Shown here piece by piece: positions 51,401 through 58,737 of a stretch of DNA of 64,000 nucleotides. The stretch's first letter is position 1; every line of letters starts with the position of its first letter. The notes beneath the pieces are model-generated. The model was given only the letters and a program-made list of their open reading frames with translations, searched no databases and was not told the origin of the DNA. Both the position numbers and the translations under genes were made by a program. The stretch spans positions 3,720,001-3,784,000 of the forward strand of contig NC_086097.1 in assembly GCF_963921235.1 (NCBI RefSeq), in the 5' to 3' direction. This DNA is from Mobula hypostoma. Taxonomy: Eukaryota.

Positions 51401-54400
51401 AGATATTACTGTTGGGACAATGCATACCTTGTTCATGTTCCATAGTCTTGCAATTTCCTTTTTTAATTCCACGTCTTTCTGGTGTTTTCCCCTTTAGTGA
51501 TTTCTGTATGTTACATGTGCTTGGAATGGTTGTATTGCTTTTGCTTGTTTATCTTGCAATATTTTATCCGGACTGTTATTATGGATTATCCTATCTGTAA
51601 TAATGGATCAGTCATAATATAGTTTGTAGGAATCTGATTCTAAAACTAAATCAGGCCTGTATTTATAATCAGTTATGGTGTCTTTTATGGGTTTCTATCT
51701 TAAAGAAAGATTTTAATGAATGATGTTTGCCACTTGATTGCACTTGTGTTAGTAATCAAATTGAGTTAAATTGCTGTAATGTGTTGGATTGTTTCTGCTT
51801 CTAGAAAGAACTGTTCTCTAAGCCAGGCGCTTGACACTTCCTTGTCGACATCTAGTCTGCTCAGCTGGTGGGGATGTCTTCCATAGGGTCATGCTGCTCC
51901 ATTGGTTAACTCTTTCTTCAAGGGCAATAATTTCTTCATTTTCCTGGGTTGTGCTTTCATTTAAGTTTTGAGGTGTGTGCTTCTTATCAGAATTGCATAT
52001 GCTCATATGGAGCGCTGAATCCTGTTTTCCTTGATGAAAATATATCCTCAGAAATTTTATCTGACAGTTGTGTAAATTTCCTACACCTGTTCTGCCCCAG
52101 GTAGTGTCAATCTCAGCACGTTCGAGTGGACATAGTGTTTTCTCAACTTGGTCATTTCAGTTCTTATTTTTCTTTGTAAATTTTCCAGATTGGTTTCTGA
52201 CTAAGATATTATGCCTAAAGCAACAGTAAAAGTGTTTATTGCCTTTGTTATATTTTCACTACTGAACTCTGCTCCGCAGATTTTCTTAAGTCTTGAGGTA
52301 AGTTCTGCTGAAAGTTTTCCCCTTATCACACTATGATCTGTTTTCTTTGCCTGTTGAAATACGTTCCATATTCATCCAGCGGCTGTACTGTACCCCGCTG
52401 CTCCGCTTTACATTCTCCCAGCTCTATTTCCCTTTATGCTTAATATTCTGCACTTATCTAATCCAAAGTTCATGTTTACAACGTTAGAAAATAGTTCTAC
52501 TATTTGAATTAATTGCTTAATTATTATCACTGGGTTTTTATTTTTCTCAGCGCGAGCTGGCAGAATGCGAGATCCCGGCATCGCCAAGCAGGCTCGTTGT
52601 TATTATGATTAATCTCTCCCGCGCCGGAACAACGCCACACACTTACGCTGCCGGTTTGGAGACGGGGAACGGTCTGCCGTCGTATCTTCTGGAGAAGGCT
52701 GACCTCGGAGGGTTCGCTGAGGGAGCAGCGCCGGTCACCGGCGACCTGAGAGAGGGTCGAGAATAAAAAAGCTGAAAGTATTTTGGATAAGAGAAGCCCG
52801 TCATCTTGTTGTCCCCCGCAGTCTCTTTTTTTTTGTGTCAATGTGAACAGCCGGGCTCCACTCTGCGCTCGCACGTGTTTATTTTTGGCTTCCAGACGCC
52901 AAGGGACTGTTTGACCATATAAGACAATAGACTGAGAGTTGTGTCAGACGGAAAGTGGACACTTCGGGGCAGAACATCGCTCAGGGCAGGAGCAGACAAT
53001 CTTACAAACGATCCCTGTCACTTCCAAGTGGAGTTGATTTATAGGGGCATCTTTAAACTGCTATAATACTCCGCCCCTCGTTAGTTTCCCGAGACAAATC
53101 CGTGATCCCAAAGCCAAAAAATAAAGGGCAGAGCAACAATGAAAAATCTGTTGAACGTGGGCGCGCAGTGAAAATCCACAGCAGGTCCCGGCTTTCGGGG
53201 CAACACGGGGTGACAGTGACAAACGAGGATAATCGTGTATCCCGGTGGAGGCAGAAGCTGGAAGGGGGGGGGGAAACTCAAGTGCGATGCACGGTGGCTT
53301 AAGGCAGTTATAGCTGTGATGGTAATGGGGATGAGCTCCCACTACCTACTAAATGCTCCCAATGTCGGCAACTCCATTAGCCTCTGACAACCAAGTCCAG
53401 CTCCTGGCCTAGTGCCCGGCGGAACCGCTTCTACTAACAGGAGAACGGGCAAAGGTGGGTTATTGGTGCCTTTAAGCCGAAAGGGAAAATTTCAGAGTTG
53501 GAGTCCGTAAGGCAGTCCTGGGTTGAGTTGACGATGACTGGCGTCTCCGGCGACGCTGCTGGTGTCAAACTGTAACGGTTTTCACCTTTTCTACCGATTC
53601 ATCCGCTGCGTGGAGAGAGTTCGGGGGGTGGGGGGAGCCTGCTGCGCCGGCAACAGCTTGCTCTCCATATCCTACTGTCCTGGCTTGGGTAGGAACTTCG
53701 CTGGGCATCCAGGACGCAGTATCCACGATCGACCCGTGGGACGAAAGGAGGGCGATTGTAATCAGGGAGGGGAGAGCAGGCATTCCATTCAAACACCTGC
53801 TTCCAGTTCAGATGGGACAGAACAGACTATCTAACCTGGACCCGGATCGTAATGTTTTCAAGCCGAGGAGTGGTAGTGGGGACAAGCTCCCACCGGCATG
53901 CGCCTCAAATAGCCTCTGACAACCAAGTACAACTCCAGGCCTTCTCATGTGGCTTAGCCTCTAAGCCCGGTGGAACTGTTTCTACTGACAGGAGAAGGGG
54001 CGAAGGCGGGTCCTGGTGCCTTAAAACCAGTGCTTCGGGTAGGTGGAGCTCGTCAGCCTGGGATAGCAGTCCATCTAAGAGAGGGAAAACTCTGATTTCA
54101 AACCTCCGCTGCCTTGCGGCCATACCCACTCGTGAGAAAGGCTTCGGGAGTAAACCCTGAGGGCAAATCTGGAGCTGGAGTCCCTAAAACAGTGCGACGT
54201 TGCCTTCAACCTCATTCTGGCAACTCCTGCGACGACGCTGGTGCCAAGCTGTATCGGCCCTTGCCCTTCGCTTGGACAACATCGGTGTCGTGGAGAGGGG
54301 AGACTTGCAGCATGGGCAACTGCTGGTCTTCCGGACAACCTTGCCCAGGCCTGCGCCCTGGAGAGGACACTAGGCTTTCCAGGCGCAGGTCCATGGTCTG

Positions 54401-57400
54401 GCGAGACTAACGGATGCCACCACCACCCCCACCCCGGACCCGTGACACCTCCTCATTAGTCAGGAAGGCACAGTGGTGTCTACAGTTTCTGAGGAGACTG
54501 AGGCGCGCAAGGCTGCCGTCTCCATTTTAACAGCTTTCTACAGGAGCATCATCGGGGCATTCCTATCTGGCGGTATCAGTGTGTGGTACAGAAGCTGCGA
54601 GTTACCGCGCCACAAGATACTACAGAGGATAGCAAAAACCGCCGAGAGGATCACTGGGGTTTTGTGACATTTACCCGAAGCACTGTTGAGGATCCCTACC
54701 ACATCCCACAATCTCTTTGACCCACTACTATCAGTCAAGACGCACCGGAACGTCAGGACTAGACTGCCAGACTGGGTAACAGCTTCTTCCCTCGGGCTCT
54801 GAGACCTGCCGCCACCGAGGTTTCATCACTATGACAGCGAACTGTTTGCTGTTTATCTCTGCTGCGCGCCATGCGTTTTGAATTATATTTTATTGACGTG
54901 CTGTGGTCATATTTTGTTTCATGTATGTGATATATTGTCACAGAGTGCGCTGGCAATATCAGAACCCAACAGCAGGAAAGACAGACGGCGGCGAGAGGTT
55001 ATTCACAGTAATTCCAAACTCAGCCCAGCGACCCCGCGGGAAGTAGCATTCTCAAAACCGGGACCCCTACGATTAGCGCTAATCGGACATCCACAAGTAA
55101 CTCGGAATTCCAGAGCCCATCTAAGTAAACTTAAACAGAAAGCGCCAGGAGATCGCATTAAGTGCGAGTCGCTCGAGATAAACACAAGGACCTCTAAACG
55201 ATTAAGGACTCGCGTGAAACAATTTTGATGTGTGTTGCTTGAATTTCCAGCATCTGCAGAATTCCTCAGTTTACAACAATTAACCTATTCGGGTGCTCTA
55301 TAAAACCTCGGAGACCAACGCTCTCCGGCGCCCCGCACAGGCCCGAGGGGGCCTCACTACACGGACAAACACGCACCCTGGTCCGTGGTGCGGACGAATG
55401 TTGTTTTGTTTGGTTGTATACATTTACACAGCCGGATAACTATAAACTCGAACTTGAACCCGAGTCCCTTAGATGGTCAGCAGGATTTTCCCACGATTCA
55501 ACGGCAACTTCTTCCCCTTCACCGTCAGATTTTCGAACGGACAATGGACCCAAACACTGCCCCGTTATTCCTCTCTTTGCCCTGTCTATTTATTTTTCAG
55601 CTTAGAGCTACGTATGTACGACTGCCCAAAGCAACGATTTCCACGTCACATAAAATCTGAATTTAGGAGCATCTGCGGATGCTGCAAATCCAGAGTAACA
55701 CACACAAAATGCTGGAGGAGCTCAGCAGGTCAGGCAGCATCTATGCAAATGAATAAACAGACGATGTTTTTAGCCAGGACCCTCCTACAGGTCTGGAAAG
55801 AAAGGGGAGGAGCCAGAATACGCAGGCGGCGGGGGGGCGGGTGCGGGGGGGTGCGGAGTGCAAACTGGAAGAATAAGAACATAGAACATAGAATAGTACA
55901 GCGCAGTACAGGCCCTTCGGCCCACAGTGTTGTGCTGACCCTTAAGCCCGGCCTCCCATATAACCCCCCCACCTTAAATTCCTCCATATACCTGTCTAGT
56001 AGTCTCTTAAACTTCACTAGTGTATCTGCCTCCACCACTGACTCAGGCAGTGCATTCCACACACCAACCACTCTCTGAGTAAAAAACCTTCCTCTAATAT
56101 CCCCCTTGAACTTCCCACCCCTTACCTTAAAGCCATGTCCTCTTGTATTGAGCAGTGGTGCCCTGGGGAAGAGGCACTGGCTATCCACTCTATCTATTCC
56201 TCTTATTATCTTGTACACCTCTATCATGTCTCCTCTCATCCTCCTTCTCTCCAAAGAGTAAAGCCCTAGCTCCCTTAATCTCTGATCATAAGAAAGGGGA
56301 GGAGCCAGATTATGCAGGCGGGGCCGGGGGGGGGGGTAGAAGCTGGAAGGATAAGTATAAACACAGGAGATTCTGTTAATGCTGAAAATCCGAAGTAACA
56401 CACAGAAACGCCGCACCGACAGGAAGGAATCAACTGAAATTCTTCTTCAGAAACTTCGACTCCATCGATGCTGCCGGACCTGCCGAGTTCCTCCAGCATT
56501 TTGCACATGTTGCTTCAAAAGGATAAGCACCAGGAGGGAGATTAGCGGGGAATGACAAGGGAATCACTGAGAGATCGATCCCTGTGGCAAGCGGAGGGTG
56601 AGGTGGAGGCCAAGATGCGATTGCTGGTGGGTTACATTGAGGATGGTGGAGGCTGTGCAGAATGATGTGCCAGACACAAAGTTCGTCAGGTGGCAGGTTA
56701 TTTATTTAATAATAATAAACCTGATAATGATATGAAGAAAAAGCCTTCAGAGGAACTTAACGTGTCTGGTAGCATGCGTGAAGGGAAACGTACAGTTGAT
56801 TTTTCTGGAGCAGGTGAAGGGCCTCGACTTAATATGTGATCTCTTTATTTTCCACTACTGCTCCTGCAGCTGGCTTGTTTCTCCTCCTCTCTCCCCCTCT
56901 CTCCCCTCTCTCCCCCTCTCTCCCCCTCTCCCCCCTCCCCGTCTCTCCCCTCTCTCCCCCTCTCTCCCCTCTCTCCCTGTCTCTCCCCCTCTCTGCCCCC
57001 TCTCCCTGTCTCTCCCCATCTCTCCCCCTCTTTCCCCCCTCTCCCCGTCTCTCCCCCTCTCCCCCTCTCCCCCTCTCCCCATCTCTTCCCTCTCTCCCCT
57101 CTCTCCCCGTCTCTCCCCCTCTCTGCCCCCTCTCCCTATCTCTCCCCCTCTCTCCCCCTCTCCCTGTCTCTCCCCATCTCTCCCCCTCTCCCTGTCTCTC
57201 CCCCTCTCTCCCCCTCTCCCTGTCTCTCCCCATCTCTCCCCCTCTCCCTGTCTCTCCCCCTCTCCCCGTCTCTCCGTCTCTCCCCTCTCTCTGTCTCTCC
57301 CCCCTCTCCCCCTCCCCCTCTCTCCCCATCTCTCCCCCCTCTCCCCTCTCTCCCCATCTCTCCCCCTCTCTCCCCCTCTCCCCGTCTCTCCCCTCTCTCC

Positions 57401-58737
57401 CCCTCTCTCCCCTCTCTCCCCATCTCTCCCCCTCTCTGCCCCCTCTCCCTGTCTCTCCCCATCTCTCCCCCTCTCTCCCCCCTCTCCCCGTCTCTCCCCA
57501 TCTCTCCCCCTCTCTCCCCGTCTCTCCCCCTCTCCCCGTCTCTCCCGTCTCTCCCCTCTCTCCCCTCTCTCCCCCTCTCCCCTCTCTCCCCCTCTCTCCC
57601 CCTCTCTCCCCCTCTCCCGCTCTCTCCCCCTCTCTCTCCCCCTCTCCCCGTCTCTCCCCTCTCTCCCCCTCTTCCCCTCTCCCCGTCTCTCCCCTCTCTC
57701 CCCCTCTTCCCCTCTCCCCTTCCCCCTCTCTCCCCATCTCTCCCCCTCCCCCCTCTCCCCATCTCTCCCCCCTCCTCTCTCCCCATCTCTGCCCCCTCTC
57801 TCCCCCTCTCCCCATCTCTCCCCCTCTCTGCCCCCTCTCCCCGTCTCCCCCTCTCCCCCTCCCCTCTTTCTCCCTGCCTCCTCACCCCCCCAGCTCTCTG
57901 TCTTTTCCTCTCTAGCTCAGTCTGTAGACCACGTGTGTGTATGTGTGTGGGTGCAAGCTCTTGCACATCTTTAAAAGGCGATGCCTCAGAAAGGCAGCAC
58001 CCATCACTAACGACCCCTATCACCCAGGACACGGCCTCTTCTCGTTACTACCACCAAGGAGGAGGTACAGGACCTTGAAGATCCAAACTCAATGCTTCAG
58101 GAACAGCTTCTTTCCCTCCACCATCAGATTTCTGAATGGACAATGAATCATAAACTCTACTTTTTTCTCTACTTTTGCTCTCTTTTTACTACTTAGTTAA
58201 TTTAATTCTTATTTATATTTCTTATTGTAATTTATAGTTTTAAAATAATGTATGGCACTGCACGGCTGCCACAAAACAACTAATTTCATGACAAGTTCAA
58301 GTTCGAGTTTAGTACCCATGACTATAGCTAAATGAAACCGTGTTCCTCTGGGGTCAGGGTGCAAAGCATTATCACCAACAGTCACACACAGCACAAGGCA
58401 CATAAAGCACGTATGTCAGCGATACTTAACCTGATTTTGACTCTGTGGCTCGCTGTCCGTTCAAACACGCGTGTGCTCACCTGTTCTTGGGGCATGGCTG
58501 GGGTCCCAAAGCCCGGACAGCTGGATGATTGCCCTGAGCTTGGGCTCGGGCTAGGGCCCTGGGGTGAGTCGGCACTGTCGAACCGGGAGGCTGGGCGGAG
58601 GAGGAAGAAGTGACAGAGAGGCTTTGCTCTACTGCCATCTGAATGAGCTCGTCCTCACTCAGGCTGCTGTACAGACTGTATTCCTCCTGGCCGAAGGTGT
58701 GGCCCGAATCACGGCTGCCTGTGACCCGTGTCGCCAT
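6284..58737 (-). CDS. ASB2: ASB2 orthologue, beta-type isoform, spliced CDS: join(58481-58737, 52647-52745, 50730-50896, 34861-35016, 32305-32550, 28381-28552, 26599-27154, 9172-9325, 6284-6429); 1953 nt, 650 aa
   Basis: Manually spliced exons give one open frame with compatible phases (2,2,1,1,1,2,0,1). The product matches remembered vertebrate ASB2 throughout: [25 protein letters not shown], ankyrin repeats ([36 protein letters not shown]), [16 protein letters not shown], and a C-terminal SOCS box. Confidence 0.95.
6887..7357. repeat. Minisatellite, 71-bp higher-order unit built from ~30-bp and ~41-bp subunits
   Basis: g(g/a)cccaggaca recurs at 6928, 6999, 7070, 7141, 7212 and 7282. Confidence 0.92.
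7465..8061 (-). mobile_element. Penelope 3' fragment in the last ASB2 intron
   Basis: Encodes the GIY-YIG C-terminus ([10 protein letters not shown]...IDFSNFR). Flanked by a 12-bp direct repeat agattttgtttc (7453-7464 / 8062-8073). Hammerhead variant at 7530-7565. Confidence 0.88.
9172..9325 (-). CDS. ASB2: ASB2 coding exon 8 ([51 protein letters not shown])
   Basis: Acceptor ctcctttctag|, non-canonical donor CAG|gcaagt; 154 nt. Confidence 0.93.
12645..12915 (+). mobile_element. Short RTE-derived element with a degenerate twister ribozyme core at its 5' end; copies at ~5795-6065 and ~6730-7390
   Basis: GTCCCAAGCCCG...G-rich...TTGGGC followed by gc.a.caacc...gtaaaaa, and an RTE-type ORF end (LAQDR..W....LCP). 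Confidence 0.62.
16104..18211 (+). mobile_element. Penelope-like retroelement, 5'-truncated: RT + GIY-YIG endonuclease + pLTR, inserted into a CR1
   Basis: ORF 16025..17497 has Penelope-type RT motifs ([36 protein letters not shown]). The same frame continues through GVIY...LYIGET to TAA at 17813-17815 past two TGA stops. Host CR1 sequence resumes at 18212. Confidence 0.93.
18115..18150 (+). ncRNA. Minimal type-I hammerhead ribozyme motif in the Penelope pLTR
   Basis: AGTC-CTGACGA-AGG(GTCTCGG)CCT-GAAA-CGTC-GACT: stem I, CUGANGA, stem II, GAAA, palindromic short stem III, GUC cleavage triplet. Confidence 0.85.
24061..24745 (+). mobile_element. CR1 3' fragment
   Basis: Degenerate ORF2 C-terminus ([23 protein letters not shown]) and 3' UTR shared with many copies in the window. 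Confidence 0.8.
25180..25975 (+). mobile_element. CR1 5' region (ORF1 zinc-finger/leucine-zipper and SGNH esterase remnants)
   Basis: Translates to [18 protein letters not shown]...[12 protein letters not shown] and [17 protein letters not shown], typical of CR1 ORF1. Confidence 0.75.
26599..27154 (-). CDS. ASB2: ASB2 coding exon 7 ([26 protein letters not shown]...HRKVVQ)
   Basis: Within ORF 26560..27168; acceptor ttcccacccag|, donor CAA|gtaagt; 556 nt. Confidence 0.95.
28381..28552 (-). CDS. ASB2: ASB2 coding exon 6 ([57 protein letters not shown])
   Basis: Acceptor ccactctcctcag|, donor GA|gtaagt; 172 nt; translated by hand. Confidence 0.94.
29336..30142 (+). mobile_element. Solo LTR (807 bp) inserted in a V-SINE
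   Basis: TGTTG...CAACA termini; 4-bp flanks ttcc / tccc; TATAAAT ~29954 and AATAAA ~30067; the two halves of the host SINE rejoin across it. Confidence 0.75.
32305..32550 (-). CDS. ASB2: ASB2 coding exon 5 ([28 protein letters not shown]...RFLVKH)
   Basis: Within ORF 32051..32569; acceptor ctttttaacag|, donor CG|gtaagt; 246 nt. Confidence 0.95.
32666..33010. mobile_element. Tc1/mariner (pogo/Tigger-like) MITE relic
   Basis: Imperfect ~22-bp TIRs CAGTGGATTCTGGTTAATTGGG / CAGAGGATTCCAGTTCATTGGG; internal tandem tttatttgggacagtgtgccactt; TA TSD decayed. Confidence 0.65.
34861..35016 (-). CDS. ASB2: ASB2 coding exon 4 ([52 protein letters not shown])
   Basis: Acceptor tgtaaacag|, donor AAG|gtaacc; 156 nt, ankyrin repeat; translated by hand. 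Confidence 0.93.
35870..37680 (+). mobile_element. Deleted CR1 (endonuclease remnants) interrupted by a younger CR1 3' fragment (~36376-37080)
   Basis: YLNVCS..NEVDEL...[11 protein letters not shown] is the APE endonuclease start; the inner fragment ends in tttctatgtttct. Confidence 0.75.
38143..40695 (+). mobile_element. L1-clade LINE, 5'-truncated with 5' inversion (38143-~39047 inverted)
   Basis: Minus ORF 38165..38950 has L1 RT motifs ([35 protein letters not shown]). Plus ORF 39594..40361 has the C-terminal DRC..HMFWTC. AATAAA and an A-rich tail follow; TSD aaaaactct at 38134-38142 / 40696-40704. Confidence 0.92.
41598..42680 (+). mobile_element. Young 5'-truncated CR1 (ORF2 C-terminus open, (ttctatgt)n tail)
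   Basis: ORF 41580..42584 runs KFADDTKL...[14 protein letters not shown]; the 3' UTR is nearly identical to the copy at ~20557-20748 (-). Confidence 0.9.
44663..44698 (-). ncRNA. Hammerhead ribozyme motif in a short Penelope-derived insertion
   Basis: Reverse complement GGTCCTGACGAAGGGTCTCGGCCTGAAACGTCGACT; catalytic core intact. Confidence 0.8.
48019..48252 (-). mobile_element. Short solo LTR (234 bp)
   Basis: TG...CA termini, perfect 5-bp TSD CTATT (48014-48018 / 48253-48257), AATAAA and ATTAAA on the minus strand. Confidence 0.82.
49490..50510 (+). mobile_element. Rex1/Babar LINE 3' fragment
   Basis: [37 protein letters not shown] and [11 protein letters not shown]. Related LPSGRR..RTTR..NS.FP fragments occur at ~2630, 4440, 11270, 13820, 27215, 27890, 34150, 54470, 57975 and 60355. 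Confidence 0.75.
49755..50284. mobile_element. Non-autonomous DNA transposon (PIF/Harbinger-like MITE) in a Rex1 fragment
   Basis: 18-bp perfect TIR AGGCTGATTTATACTTGT; 3-bp flanks TAA / GAA; host sequence rejoins as agactaa|gacaactg. Confidence 0.82.
50730..50896 (-). CDS. ASB2: ASB2 coding exon 3 ([55 protein letters not shown])
   Basis: Acceptor tttgattccag|, donor G|gttagt; first ankyrin repeats. Confidence 0.93.
51185..52495 (-). mobile_element. R4/Dong (Rex6-like) non-LTR retrotransposon relic with restriction-like endonuclease
   Basis: Minus translation: [12 protein letters not shown] (RT), [13 protein letters not shown], and [26 protein letters not shown]...QKATIL (REL C-terminus); TAA-rich tail ~51190. 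Confidence 0.72.
52647..52804 (-). CDS. ASB2: ASB2 coding exon 2: alpha start [20 protein letters not shown] at 52804; beta splices into an internal acceptor at 52745 ([32 protein letters not shown])
   Basis: Not shown in this frame in the ORF track. It resembles human ASB2alpha MTRFSYAEYFSLF. The internal acceptor ctctctcag|GTCG keeps the beta frame, and the donor is GC|gtaagt. Confidence 0.88.
53030..53080 (-). promoter_or_regulatory. Candidate core promoter of the ASB2 alpha isoform (GC box plus TATA box in a CpG-rich region)
   Basis: On the minus strand, GGGGCGGAG (~53069-53077) is followed by TATAAAT (53037-53043), about 240 bp upstream of the alpha ATG. An E-box CACGTG lies at 52872-52877. 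Confidence 0.4.
53863..54410 (+). mobile_element. Non-autonomous non-LTR element of uncertain clade; copies at ~22325-22860, ~53310-53730, ~23600-23965 (-) and ~33040-33200 (-)
   Basis: Multiple homologous copies with a 5' hairpin ggtagtggg...cccactacc and catctaggagaaggaaaactctga. Confidence 0.6.
55876..56288 (-). mobile_element. Young CR1 3' fragment inserted in a Penelope-end relic
   Basis: [28 protein letters not shown]...; (ttctatg) tail; ataagaa at both ends. Confidence 0.85.
56878..57912. repeat. ~1-kb polypyrimidine/polypurine low-complexity tract (ctctcccc-type units)
   Basis: Almost exclusively C/T on the plus strand. Confidence 0.95.
58481..58737 (-). CDS. ASB2: ASB2 beta-specific first coding exon ([40 protein letters not shown]...PKNR), with ubiquitin-interacting motif
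   Basis: Acceptor ttcttcccctacag| (exon starts 58756), ATG at 58737 in GGAGGATGG context, donor AACAG|gtgagc. [14 protein letters not shown] is a UIM as in mammalian ASB2beta. Confidence 0.93.

Noticed and set aside
52834..52849. TGTTCA-cat-TGACAC near the alpha ATG as a retinoic-acid response element
   Set aside because: Inverted rather than DR2/DR5 arrangement, with mismatched half-sites
52527..52874. 115-aa ORF listed over ASB2 exon 2
   Set aside because: Wrong frame; the ASB2-like frame starts at 52804
55473..56416. 201-aa and 228-aa overlapping ORFs
   Set aside because: Chimaeric read-through of CR1 and Penelope repeat fragments
56778..58032. Long ORFs of 298-398 aa on both strands (Pro/Ser/Leu-rich or Gly/Glu/Arg-rich)
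   Set aside because: Artefacts of the C/T low-complexity tract, which cannot form stop codons
58500..58520. ggtcccaaagcccgga, resembling a twister core
   Set aside because: Antisense of the ASB2 coding exon, with an extra A and no P2 or element context; treated as coincidence
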